Assembly (NCBI GenBank): GCA_044224875.1
Contig: JBGAJQ010000003.1
Coordinates: 111,534-175,533 of the forward strand
Direction: 5' to 3'
DNA from: Gemmatimonadaceae bacterium
Lineage (GTDB): Bacteria > Gemmatimonadota > Gemmatimonadetes > Gemmatimonadales > Gemmatimonadaceae
Length of the DNA: 64,000 bases
Of this stretch, positions 10,118 through 19,441 are shown piece after piece (positions within the stretch are counted from its first letter, which is position 1; every line of letters begins with the position of its first letter). Position numbers and translations under genes: made by a program. A model generated the notes under the pieces. The model was not told the DNA's origin. It saw nothing but the letters and a program-made list of their open reading frames with translations, and searched no databases.

Positions 10118-10720
10118 ATGCGCGTTCTCGCTGGCAAGTTCGCCGGTCGCGACCTCATGTCGCCGGGGCAGGGCCGGGTGCGGCCGACGGCCGAGCATGT
10201 GCGCGCGGCCATGCTCGATGCGGTGGCGGCTGACCTGCCTCGGGCGACGGTGCTGGACCTGTTCGCGGGCACCGGTGCGTTAGGACTGGAAGCGATGTCA
10301 CGAGGCGCCACGAGCGTCGACTTCGTAGAGTTCGGTCCGTCGGCGCTCCATGCGCTCAAGGCGAACATCGCACGGCTGCGTTTGCTGAAGCGCACTCGCG
10401 TATTCAAGAAAGACGCCCTGCCATTCGCTGCCGCCCTTCCCGCTGGACGCTACGACCTTGCATTCGCTGACCCGCCGTACGACTCCCGTCAGCTCAATCG
10501 ACTCATTGACTCGTGGCTGGCGGTGCCCTTCGCGCGCATCCTCGTTGCCGAACACTCCCGGGATCATGTGCTTCCGCCAGGAGGCGCTTTGCGGCTGCTG
10601 GGAGACTCGGCCTACACGATTTACCGGGCGCCCTCCCCGGGCCGATCGGGTAGCGGCGCCGACGAGCCTTCGGGATCCGCATTGGACGTTGGTGATTCGA
10701 GCACCAGCCCCTCTCGGTGA
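10118..10720 (+). CDS. rsmD: 16S rRNA (guanine966-N2)-methyltransferase RsmD family
   Basis: MRVLAGKF.GR, VRPT, VLDLFAGTGALGLEAMSRGA, FADPPY. Confidence 0.92.
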   Translation: MRVLAGKFAGRDLMSPGQGRVRPTAEHVRAAMLDAVAADLPRATVLDLFAGTGALGLEAMSRGATSVDFVEFGPSALHALKANIARLRLLKRTRVFKKDALPFAAALPAGRYDLAFADPPYDSRQLNRLIDSWLAVPFARILVAEHSRDHVLPPGGALRLLGDSAYTIYRAPSPGRSGSGADEPSGSALDVGDSSTSPSR

Positions 10721-11571
10721 CTGTACACATTGGCCGTGCGACCCCGCAGCAACCCCACCAAGGTGACACCAGCGTCTTCGGCAAGTCTCACCGCCAAGCC
10801 GGTCGGGCGAGAGATGGTGGCCAACAGCGAGACGCCGGACATCGCCACCTTCTGCACCAGTTCATAGCTGGCGCGGCTGGTCATGATCACAAAACCCTTC
10901 GACGGATCCTCACCAACACGGGCCAGTGCGCCCAGCACCTTATCGAGCGCATTGTGCCGCCCCACGTCCTCGCGAACGACCTGCAGGTGACCGTCACGAG
11001 TGGCCCACGCCGCGGCGTGCATGGCCCCGGTCTCTCGATTCCAACGCTGCAGGTCACCTAACGACGACTCGGCAACCCAGAGGGAGTCCGCCGGCAAGGG
11101 TGGCCCCTCGAGCACTCGCGGGAGCGGACGCAACGCATCCTGAATGGACTCTACGCCGCAGACCCCGCACCCCGTGCGGCCAACGAGCGCACGATTGCGG
11201 TCGCCGAGTCGCGCCATGACGCCCGGTGCAACCGTCATCTGCAACTCTACTCCCCGGCCATGCCGCACCACTTCCAGGTGTGTGATTTCCGAGGGAGTGG
11301 CGACGAGTCCCTCGGTGAGCGAGAAACCATACGCGAAGTCTTCCAGGTCGGCTGGCGTCGCCATCATCACCACGTGCGAGCGTCCGTTGTAGACGAATGC
11401 CGTGGGGACCTCTTCCGCTACGCCCGACTCTTGCCCCTGCGCCTCCCCGTTCGCAATGCGCACGAATCCGCGCGAGAGGAAGGGTGGAGCATAACCCAAG
11501 CCAAACATGGCGCTTCCCGGCGTCAACTCGGCGGGAAGCGACCGCGGCTCGCCCTCATGCCCGTCAGGCAC
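10621..11571 (-). CDS. fdhD: Formate dehydrogenase accessory sulfurtransferase FdhD (start may be 11508 or further in)
   Basis: VAEEVP, VMMATPADLEDFAYGFSLTEG, TGCGVCG, TGAMHAAA, REDVGRHNALDK, TSRASYELVQK. Confidence 0.93.
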   Translation of the reverse strand: MPDGHEGEPRSLPAELTPGSAMFGLGYAPPFLSRGFVRIANGEAQGQESGVAEEVPTAFVYNGRSHVVMMATPADLEDFAYGFSLTEGLVATPSEITHLEVVRHGRGVELQMTVAPGVMARLGDRNRALVGRTGCGVCGVESIQDALRPLPRVLEGPPLPADSLWVAESSLGDLQRWNRETGAMHAAAWATRDGHLQVVREDVGRHNALDKVLGALARVGEDPSKGFVIMTSRASYELVQKVAMSGVSLLATISRPTGLAVRLAEDAGVTLVGLLRGRTANVYSHREGLVLESPTSNADPEGSSAPLPDRPGEGAR

Positions 11572-11643
11572 GACGTTCCCGTTCGACGACGTTCTGTATC
11601 AGCATGTGCCTACCGGTAAGCGCGGTCGTGTCCGCCGCGTGCG

Positions 11644-12789
11644 TCAGGGAAATCGGACGATTGTGTTCTCCAGGGGAAGTTCCTTCGTGACGCGTCGTGC
11701 GCCAGTTGCCGGTTGCTTCCAGGCGCCGGTCATGCTCTCCACGTCGCCGGTGAGCCGGTCGAGTCGATCGTACAGGTCGAACACGAACGGCTGGCCTTCG
11801 GTGCCTAACGGCGAACTGGTATCGCCAACATGGAAGTGCAGGTGCGGCGCCGTGGAGTTTCCGGAATTGCCGAGCAATCCCACTACTTGCCCCTTCTTCA
11901 CTCGCTGGCCCAGGCTCACGCGCAGCGAGCCGGGTTGAAGATGCGCGTAGAACGCGAACAACCCGCCGCCGATGTCCAGGATCACGTGGTTGCCACCAAC
12001 CGTTTCCAGCGTGATGGGCACCGCCATCGTGGGGGAATTCGGGACGTTCTCGATGATGCCGTCCTTGACCTCGGTCACGATACCGTCGGCCACCGCAAGA
12101 ATTGGCGTACCGTACCCGTACCAGTTCGCGTTCTTGGTGGAATCCCCGTGAAAGAGCAGGCCGTCTGCTCCCAGCTTCACCCAGTCCGTGGCGAATCGCT
12201 GTGCGATGCGCGCCTCACCAGCAATCGGGATGAACGTGCGGCGATGACCGGACGTATTACTGGGTCCATTCACGGCGATCCACGGTCCACCGCTGAAAGG
12301 GGGTGCAAGCACGCGCGGCGGTCGTTCCTGAACCGGCACGAGGTATCCATCCAAGGTGTCGCGCCGCGCGGAGGTGGCCGAGTCTGGCGGCGAAACGATG
12401 ATCCGGTGTTGTAGCTGTGAAGGAACCTTCTGTGCATCAGCGATGTCGATCCAGAGGTAGATGACCGATTGACGCCCGGCGGGGAGGATCGTGCCGTTGG
12501 CCGTCGGTGGCGCCCCGAACACTCGGGAGGCGCCACGCACCGCGCTACTGTCCCAGGCGATCAACGGCGAGCCCCCAGACGCACCAAACACCTCGAGTCG
12601 CGAGATCGCTCGCTCCTTGGTTCCGATGTTGGTCACATGCAGTTCATACGAAAGGTGCATCGCACCATCGGCATGCACGGCGAGCGGAGGCCGAGGCACA
12701 CGAATGTCGAATGGCACGGTGTTGAGCTGTGCCGAGCCACGGGCCGGAAGGGCCAGCAGGAGGAGCAGGGATCGGGCGGTTCGTTGCAT
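11644..12789 (-). CDS. Secreted M23-family metallopeptidase
   Basis: Signal peptide MQRTARSLLLLLALPARGSA; YGTPILAVADG, GNHVIL, FYAHLQPGS, GNSGNSTAPHLHF. Confidence 0.88.
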   Translation of the reverse strand: MQRTARSLLLLLALPARGSAQLNTVPFDIRVPRPPLAVHADGAMHLSYELHVTNIGTKERAISRLEVFGASGGSPLIAWDSSAVRGASRVFGAPPTANGTILPAGRQSVIYLWIDIADAQKVPSQLQHRIIVSPPDSATSARRDTLDGYLVPVQERPPRVLAPPFSGGPWIAVNGPSNTSGHRRTFIPIAGEARIAQRFATDWVKLGADGLLFHGDSTKNANWYGYGTPILAVADGIVTEVKDGIIENVPNSPTMAVPITLETVGGNHVILDIGGGLFAFYAHLQPGSLRVSLGQRVKKGQVVGLLGNSGNSTAPHLHFHVGDTSSPLGTEGQPFVFDLYDRLDRLTGDVESMTGAWKQPATGARRVTKELPLENTIVRFP

Positions 12790-12887
12790 GGTCACGGAGT
12801 GAAGGCGCGTTACGTACGAGGCGCGACTATCCTGGTTTCGTTCTCGTCGTGTCCTATCGGCTTGCGGACTCAGACGAGCACCAACCG

Positions 12888-14411
12888 TCAGTTCGTCGCT
12901 CGCCGTTTTGCACGTGCCCGATCGACAATCTCCTTGGCTTCCTTCAGCATGGTTGGGCCGTGATAGGGGATGCCGTCCTTGATCGTCCACTCCACGCCCC
13001 CCGTGTGCACGATCTTGCCGTCCCGCACCGCTTCGGTCCCTGTGGGATAGAGCATCTTCAGGTCTTCGAGCGGGTTGCCGTTCACGACGATCATGTCGGC
13101 GAGCCATCCCACGCGCACACGACCGATCTCGCTTTCCTTGCCGAGTACCTTGGCGCCGTTGCTCGTGGCGTGTTGCAGGATCTTGAGCGCTGGGAAACCC
13201 GCCTCCTGCTCCAGCTCCAACTCACGAATGAGCCCGAACCCGTACATCTGATAGATGAAGCCGGCGTCGTCGCCGGAGGCAATCGTACCGCCCAGTCGCT
13301 CGAAGTCGCGCAACGCGCGAAACCAGATCTGGTAGTTCTCCTTCCAGAAGGCTTCGTCGATTGACGTCCATCCGATGAAGTAGGACCCGTGGTTCATCGG
13401 GTTTGGCTTGAAGTACTCCTCGAGTGTCGGATGGAGGTAGTCCTTGAACCACGGTTGTGTCTGCGCGCGTTGCAGGTCCCGGCTGGCCTCATAGATGTCG
13501 AGGGTGGGGACCCAGGCCACGTTCGCCTTGACCATCGCCGCGAGCACATCCTTTAACCTGGCGGGGTCCGCCTCGCGCCAGAGGCGACCGGCATAGCGAA
13601 AGCGATGCGTTTCATCGGTAATGTTGAAGTCGGGCGGAAAGCTCTGTACGCCGTCGGGGATCGCGGCATCGGGAATGCCGTACCAGTGCTCGATCGACGT
13701 CGTGCCGAACTTGATGTCGTCCCACGCATTCGTTTCTTCCACGGCGGCGTGGTGAGCCACACGTAGGCCGACCTTGTGGGCTTCGTCGAGCGCCGCTTCC
13801 ATCACGTCACGCTTGGTGCCGACGAACTTTATGCCGTCCACGCCCATACGCTTGAGGTCCTGGACCCGCGCCCGAGCTTCGGCGGCGGTGTTCGGTCCAC
13901 CTGCGAATGGCAGGAACGGATAGTGAAAGATGCGCGGGCCGGCGATTTCGCCAGTTGCAATCTTCTCGCGCAGCGGAATCGTCTTGCGCGAATCGCTGCC
14001 CACATCGCGCACGGCCGTGATGCCACTGGCCAACCAGATCTTGAGCTCGTAGTCCTGCTCCTGGGGCACCCCGGCTCGTTCATCCTGCACGTGAGCATGT
14101 GCGTTGATGAGCCCGGGCATCACGTACTTTCCCTTGGCGTCGATCTGCACATCACCCTTCGGTCGCGTGCCCCCTGGTCCCACGATCGACGCCGTGGCGT
14201 CGGCGATCGGCACCATCTGCGCAATCTTGTTGTTCTCAACGACGATGTCGTATGGACCAGACGCCGGAGTTCCGGTCCCGTCGATCACCATCGCGTTGCG
14301 GATGATGAGGCGCGGGACCCGCTTGCCGCTGATGACATTCGTCTGCGCCGCACACAGCGCGGGCAGCGCGCCGACGACGAGAAGGACTCGCAAGAAAAGA
14401 AATCGCGACAT
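12888..14411 (-). CDS. Secreted amidohydrolase-family protein
   Basis: Signal peptide; MPGLINAHAH (HxH), GITAVRDVG, SGDDAG, ATSNGAKVLG, GWLADMIVVNGNP. Confidence 0.88.
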   Translation of the reverse strand: MSRFLFLRVLLVVGALPALCAAQTNVISGKRVPRLIIRNAMVIDGTGTPASGPYDIVVENNKIAQMVPIADATASIVGPGGTRPKGDVQIDAKGKYVMPGLINAHAHVQDERAGVPQEQDYELKIWLASGITAVRDVGSDSRKTIPLREKIATGEIAGPRIFHYPFLPFAGGPNTAAEARARVQDLKRMGVDGIKFVGTKRDVMEAALDEAHKVGLRVAHHAAVEETNAWDDIKFGTTSIEHWYGIPDAAIPDGVQSFPPDFNITDETHRFRYAGRLWREADPARLKDVLAAMVKANVAWVPTLDIYEASRDLQRAQTQPWFKDYLHPTLEEYFKPNPMNHGSYFIGWTSIDEAFWKENYQIWFRALRDFERLGGTIASGDDAGFIYQMYGFGLIRELELEQEAGFPALKILQHATSNGAKVLGKESEIGRVRVGWLADMIVVNGNPLEDLKMLYPTGTEAVRDGKIVHTGGVEWTIKDGIPYHGPTMLKEAKEIVDRARAKRRATN

Positions 14412-14603
14412 ATGACGTGGAAGAGGAGGGGAGCGATTCAAAAACCTGCGGCGATGTCACCCGGGGGACAAGTCGTACGGGCACCCCGTCCTTGCCCGCA
14501 ACGGCCCGAGGAGCATGCGATCCTGTGCACTCACGGGTCGGACCGTCGCGCGCACGAGTGAAATCGGGATACCTGCCAAAGGGCTCACCCTCCGACGGCC
14601 GAG

Positions 14604-15011
14604 TCAGCGACGCGGCTGCAACATCTTCCACCCATTTCCGGAGGGATCGCGGAATCCGGCGTCCATGTTGCCGTAGCGGGACACAGGTTCCTGCGTGAAC
14701 TCGACTCCCTTCGCCAGCATCTGCTCGTAAGTCGCGCGACAATCTTCGACGACCAAAACGAGTGGTGGCATGGCGCCCTTCGCCACGAGTTCGCGCAATG
14801 CCTGAGCCGTGACTTCGTCGAGCATCGGTGGGCCTGGCGTGAAGAGTCCCAACTGGAACAGTGGCTGATCCGGGTGCTGCACGGTGAGCCAGCGGTAGTT
14901 GCCATTTCGCACATCGGTGTGCACGCGGAAGCCGAGCTTGTCCACATAAAAGGCAAGCGCCTCGTCTTGATCGCGCACGTAAATGCCGGCGACTTCAACA
15001 CCTTGGTTCAT
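14604..15011 (-). CDS. VOC (glyoxalase/bleomycin resistance) family protein
   Basis: YVRDQDEALAFYVDKLGF, RWLTV, GVEFTQEP, FRDPSGN; GAGGAG RBS. Confidence 0.9.
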   Translation of the reverse strand: MNQGVEVAGIYVRDQDEALAFYVDKLGFRVHTDVRNGNYRWLTVQHPDQPLFQLGLFTPGPPMLDEVTAQALRELVAKGAMPPLVLVVEDCRATYEQMLAKGVEFTQEPVSRYGNMDAGFRDPSGNGWKMLQPRR

Positions 15012-15035
15012 AGAGTCTCCTCGATTGGGTGGACT

Positions 15036-15500
15036 CTATTTACCACGAGCACCTTGCCGTCGCTTCTCCGAAACTGCCATCGTGAGGTCGGGTCGATGCG
15101 CGGCGCTGAGGAAGCAAGGCGGTACGTGGCTGAGCCCCTGCATCGCCGCCCGTCCCTGCGTGCGGATGGCGCTCGGGCTCTCTCCCGTGATGTCGCGAAA
15201 GGTGCGTCCGAAGGTTCCCAGGCTTTCCCAACCCGTGCGGTACGCGACCTCGGTGATGGAAAGGTCCGTATCACGGAGCAGGGTCTTGGCGCGTTCGATG
15301 CGGCGTGTGAGCAAGTACCGATGTGGTGGCAGCCCAAACGCCTGCTTGAACGAACGCGCGAAGTGCGCGTGTGACACGCCGCTGACGCGCGCCAATCGTT
15401 GGACGGACCAATCTTCGTGCGACGCCGCGTCCATCCGATCCTTGGCGCGCAACAAGCGTCGCAACAACTCCGGATCCTGGCTGGTGAGGCTGTCGCTCAC
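15036..15500 (-). CDS. AraC-family HTH transcriptional regulator (DNA-binding domain only)
   Basis: LLRAKDRMD, SGVSHAHFARSFKQAFG.PPHRYL, ERAKTLLRDTDLSITEVA..TGWESLGTFGRTFR; start re-picked at GTG 15500. Confidence 0.9.
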   Translation of the reverse strand: MSDSLTSQDPELLRRLLRAKDRMDAASHEDWSVQRLARVSGVSHAHFARSFKQAFGLPPHRYLLTRRIERAKTLLRDTDLSITEVAYRTGWESLGTFGRTFRDITGESPSAIRTQGRAAMQGLSHVPPCFLSAAHRPDLTMAVSEKRRQGARGK

Positions 15501-15598
15501 GCTGCCGTCCCGCGCCGCGGTTTGGCGGGTTGCATCTGACGAGCGGCGCGAGTGGGCGCTCCAGCCAGGTGTGCGCAGCACGCGTTCAGGTGCACGGC

Positions 15599-16111
15599 CT
15601 AGCGACGGGTGAGCGTGACGCGGGCAAAGGGCCGGCGCACGCCGGCGCTGTCATTGTCCATGTGCCACTGCCATGAGTCCTTGGATCGATCGTAGACGAA
15701 GGTAGTGTGGAAGCTGTCGGTGGCACTGTAACGGAACAGGAAGGGAATGGAGTCGCCGGCCACTCGACCATGCCCGGTGCCCTCCGGGTCGAAGGCGGCC
15801 GCCGCGGTGTTGTCCATCCACAGGCACGCATACACACCGGTCTTCGGATCTCGTCCAAAAAGCACCACTGCTTCATAGGCAGGCGAGCCGTCCGGTGCCT
15901 TCTCACGCGAGACTTCATGCATTTGTACGTACGACCGCCCCAGTATCCAGTCGAACGTAACGTCGTGGGTCGTTTGTTGGCGGGCGATGGTGCCCTGCAA
16001 CTCCCAGCGACCGATGAGTCGCGGAAAGAGGGAGTCTGGGTGCAGTCCCTGGGCCGATAGCGCCATCGGTATGGACAAGCACGCCATCATGAATGGGAGG
16101 AGCGTTCGCAT
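15599..16111 (-). CDS. Secreted hypothetical protein (DUF1579-like beta-barrel)
   Basis: Signal peptide; LIGRWELQG, W.LG.SYVQMHE, YACLWMDNTA pattern. Confidence 0.6.
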   Translation of the reverse strand: MRTLLPFMMACLSIPMALSAQGLHPDSLFPRLIGRWELQGTIARQQTTHDVTFDWILGRSYVQMHEVSREKAPDGSPAYEAVVLFGRDPKTGVYACLWMDNTAAAAFDPEGTGHGRVAGDSIPFLFRYSATDSFHTTFVYDRSKDSWQWHMDNDSAGVRRPFARVTLTRR

Positions 16112-16140
16112 CGACGACCTGGTTTGAGGTAGAACTCGGC

Positions 16141-16545
16141 TTACGGACGAGGGCGTTCGTGGATGACTGACCAGGCGACTCCGAAGCGGTCGCGCACCTG
16201 GCTGAATCGCGTCGCGTAAAATGTCTCCGCCATCGGCATGTGAACCTCGCCGCCGTCGGCCAACGCCGCGTGGACGCGTTCGGCCTCGGTTGACGAGTCC
16301 ACCGACAGGTAGAGATACACACTTCGAATGCGCTGAAAGACAGTGGGGGGGACATCGTTTCCGATCAACACGGTGTCGCCCAAGTCCATCCGCGCGTGGA
16401 TGATCGACGTACCCACTCCACTGGGTGCGTTCGGGGCCTGACTCTGGTTCATCATCATGGTGATCCGGCCCCCCAGATGCTTTTCATAGTAGCGGAACGC
16501 CTCTTCGCAGTTCCCGCCAAAATTCAGTTGAGTGTAGAGTTTCAT
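16141..16545 (-). CDS. PhnB/YjdN-like VOC family protein
   Basis: LNFGGNCEEAFRYY, IIHARM, LADGGEVHMPMAETFYA.RFSQVRDRFGVAWSV. Confidence 0.9.
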   Translation of the reverse strand: MKLYTQLNFGGNCEEAFRYYEKHLGGRITMMMNQSQAPNAPSGVGTSIIHARMDLGDTVLIGNDVPPTVFQRIRSVYLYLSVDSSTEAERVHAALADGGEVHMPMAETFYATRFSQVRDRFGVAWSVIHERPRP

Positions 16546-16767
16546 TGTCGTCTCTTGCCGAGGATGTGTGAACATTCACCTCGTTGTCGGGAAGGGACGC
16601 CGGACAACACGGTGGTGGAAGTCTTCTAGTACCTCCGTGGGTCGGCAAGGCCCATCGGGACTAGGTGCCTTGAACGGGTCACCGCGGCCTCCCGCCCGGA
16701 CGCCGACGGCTGATCTCTGCATGGCTGACCGCGTCAAGCTCTGGCCTCGCCCGCAAAAAACGCCCAC

Positions 16768-16794
16768 AATAGGTAACCCCCGTTCCTACCTATT
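16768..16794. promoter_or_regulatory. Perfect 8-bp inverted repeat just upstream of the S9 peptidase RBS (possible operator or 5'UTR hairpin)
   Basis: AATAGGTA-N11-TACCTATT, AT-rich in a GC-rich context, 2 nt before GGAGG. Confidence 0.4.
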
Positions 16795-16805
16795 CTGGAG
16801 GGCCG

Positions 16806-18860
16806 ATGCGCAAGTCCCTGGTCACGTCCACCACGCTGTGCATCTTCTGGCTCTGCGCGGCTCCCTCGCTACAGAGCCAGCAGAAGGCAACGAACACGGT
16901 CGCGCTCGAGCAGTACCTGGATTGGGAAGATGTCCAGTCCCCGCAGCTCTCCCCGGATGGATCGGAGATCGCCTTCGGGCGCCGGTGGGTGGACAAGATG
17001 AACGACAAGTGGGAGACGTCTGTCTGGCTGATGAACGCCGACGGGTCGCACCTCCGTCAGCTCGTACAAGGCTCGGACGTGAAGTGGTCGCCGGACGGCA
17101 AGCGGATCGCCTACATCGCGCGCGGTGAACCGACGGGGTCGCAAATCTTCGTCCGGTGGATGGATGCCGAAGGGGCCACCACGCAGATCTCGCACCTGAC
17201 GGAAGCGCCCTCCGGGTTGGAATGGTCGCCCGATGGCAAGTCGATCGCCTTCCTCATGAATGTGCCGTCGCGCGACAGTTGGCGGATTCCCATGCCGACG
17301 CCACCGAAAGGCGCCAAATGGGTGGAGCCTCCAAAGGTCGTCACACGACTCAACTACCGATCCGACCGCATTGGGTACGTGGACGAGGGGTACCGCCACA
17401 TCTTCATCATTCCCGCCGACGGTGGGACGCCGCGTCAGGTGACCACTGGCGACTGGAACCACTCTTCGATCTCATTTGCAGCTGACGGAAAAACCATCGC
17501 GTTTTCGTCGTTGCGGACCCCAGACGCCGACGCCGCGTTCCGCCGATCGGCGGTCTATGCCGCGGAGGTCGCCACTGGCGAGATTCGCCAGCTGACCAAG
17601 CTGGCGGGAACCAGCAATGCGCCCATCTTCTCCCCCGACGGCCGCCTCATCGCCTTCATGCACGCGGATTCGGTGGATCACTCGGCGTGGGCGCCAAGCG
17701 ATCTCTGGGTGATGAATGCCGATGGATCGAATGCCCATGCCGTGTCGGCAAAATTGGACCGGCCAATCAGCGGCGCGCTGTGGTCACACGATGGTGCGGG
17801 GCTCTACTTCAGCGTGGAAAGCGAGGGCGCGCGCAACCTGTACTTCACGACCAGCGCCGGACAGTACCACGCCGTCACGAGCGGAAAACAGGTACTTGGC
17901 GTCTCGGACGTGGCCCGAACCGGGCTCGCCGTGGGCATCCGTTCCACACCAACGAAGCCTAACGACGTCGTCACATTCACGGTGCCCAAGGCAGGGACCG
18001 CGACCGAGTACGCACAACTCACGTCGGTGAACGATGACGTGCTGGGCGGCAAAGACCTCGCGCAGACCGAGGAGGTCTGGTACACGTCGACGGGTGGACT
18101 GAAGATTCAGGGATGGATCGTGAAGCCGCCGGGCTTCGACCCCGCCAAGAAGTATCCGCTCATCCTGGACATTCACGGCGGACCGCAGGCCATGTACAAC
18201 GTGGCGTTCAGCTTTGCGCGACAGAATCACGCCGCCAGTGGGTACGTCGTGCTGTACACGAACCCGCGCGGGAGCACGGGATATGGCGAGAAGTTCACGA
18301 ACGAGATCAAGAACGCCTATCCGGGAAAGGACTTCGATGACCTGATGGCCGGTGTGGATACGGTGATCGGTCGCGGCTATGTCGACACGAAGAACCTCTT
18401 TGTGTACGGCTGTTCGGGAGGCGGCGTGCTGACGGCGTGGACGGTCGGGCACACCAACCGGTTCACCGCGGCCGCTTCACTCTGCCCCGTGATCAACTGG
18501 CTGAGCTTTGTCGGCGAGACCGACGGCGCCGGGTGGTATGAGAACTTCGACAAGCCGTTCTGGGAAGACCCCAGCGAGCACCTGCGACGGTCGCCGATCA
18601 TGTACGTCGGGAATGTGAAGACGCCAACCATGCTCATGACAGGCGTCCTCGACCTGCGCACCCCGATTCCACAGAGCGAAGAGTTCTATCGGGCGCTGAA
18701 GAAGCGCGGCATCCCGACCGTGATGGTGCGCATGAACAATGAGTACCACGGTACCTCGAGCACACCATCGAATTTCCTTCGCACGCAGTTGTACCTGCAC
18801 GGGTGGTTCGACAAGTTCGCGAACAAACCGACGAGCCAAGCGACGACGTCATCGCCGTAA
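16806..18860 (+). CDS. Secreted S9C-type peptidase (dipeptidyl aminopeptidase/acylaminoacyl peptidase)
   Basis: Signal peptide; WSPDG PD40 repeats; IHGGP, NPRGSTGYG, nucleophile GCSGGG, DLRTP, EYHG. Confidence 0.93.
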   Translation: MRKSLVTSTTLCIFWLCAAPSLQSQQKATNTVALEQYLDWEDVQSPQLSPDGSEIAFGRRWVDKMNDKWETSVWLMNADGSHLRQLVQGSDVKWSPDGKRIAYIARGEPTGSQIFVRWMDAEGATTQISHLTEAPSGLEWSPDGKSIAFLMNVPSRDSWRIPMPTPPKGAKWVEPPKVVTRLNYRSDRIGYVDEGYRHIFIIPADGGTPRQVTTGDWNHSSISFAADGKTIAFSSLRTPDADAAFRRSAVYAAEVATGEIRQLTKLAGTSNAPIFSPDGRLIAFMHADSVDHSAWAPSDLWVMNADGSNAHAVSAKLDRPISGALWSHDGAGLYFSVESEGARNLYFTTSAGQYHAVTSGKQVLGVSDVARTGLAVGIRSTPTKPNDVVTFTVPKAGTATEYAQLTSVNDDVLGGKDLAQTEEVWYTSTGGLKIQGWIVKPPGFDPAKKYPLILDIHGGPQAMYNVAFSFARQNHAASGYVVLYTNPRGSTGYGEKFTNEIKNAYPGKDFDDLMAGVDTVIGRGYVDTKNLFVYGCSGGGVLTAWTVGHTNRFTAAASLCPVINWLSFVGETDGAGWYENFDKPFWEDPSEHLRRSPIMYVGNVKTPTMLMTGVLDLRTPIPQSEEFYRALKKRGIPTVMVRMNNEYHGTSSTPSNFLRTQLYLHGWFDKFANKPTSQATTSSP

Positions 18861-18876
18861 CGGACGAGCGCATGGC

Positions 18877-18911
18877 CAGAGCCCCGGGGAAGCGATTCCC
18901 CGGGGGCTCTG
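18877..18911. terminator. GC-rich hairpin between convergent genes, probable terminator
   Basis: CAGAGCCCCGGGGAA-GCGA-TTCCCCGGGGGCTCTG: 15-bp stem with one bulge and GNRA loop; U-tract weak. Confidence 0.7.
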
Positions 18912-18941
18912 TGCGTTTGGCTTCCATAGCCAGGCGTGTCG

Positions 18942-19430
18942 TCAGCTGTTGACCGGCTGTGCGGTCATCGGCTGCAACAAGTAGTACACGTCCGTGCGCA
19001 GCTGGGCGGGATCGGCGCTCCAGTGGCCGTACACTTCCCACGACGGACCCGCCAGCGCCCGGCCCTGCGCTCGGCACCACGCGCGAATGGCCTCATTGGC
19101 GTGCCCAAGTCCGCCATAGTCGCCGCGATGTGTCGTCATGGCCGCCGCACCATGCGGTGTCTCCAGTGGCTCGACAGCCCCAACAGTCTGGAACGGCTGA
19201 GTCACGCCCACACAAAAGTCGACGCTGAGTTCATCGGCCGTTGCGCTGCGGTAGATGAAGATGTTCTGCCCGTCGAGTGAGATCGCTCCGGAACGTGCCA
19301 GCGCGTAGACCTGATCCAGGTAGCGCCTGAACTCCGACGCGACGTGACCGCGAGCCACGCGGGCCCGCACCCCAGCCACACGCCGTGGTGCGGCGACGAC
19401 TTCGCGAACGTCGTACGTTGACGGTGTCAT
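18942..19430 (-). CDS. GyrI-like small-molecule-binding domain protein
   Basis: AAMTTHRGDYGGLGHA...I.AWC..QG..LAGPSWEVY, LRTDVYY; GGAG RBS. Confidence 0.85.
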   Translation of the reverse strand: MTPSTYDVREVVAAPRRVAGVRARVARGHVASEFRRYLDQVYALARSGAISLDGQNIFIYRSATADELSVDFCVGVTQPFQTVGAVEPLETPHGAAAMTTHRGDYGGLGHANEAIRAWCRAQGRALAGPSWEVYGHWSADPAQLRTDVYYLLQPMTAQPVNS

Positions 19431-19441
19431 GAGCTTCTCCG

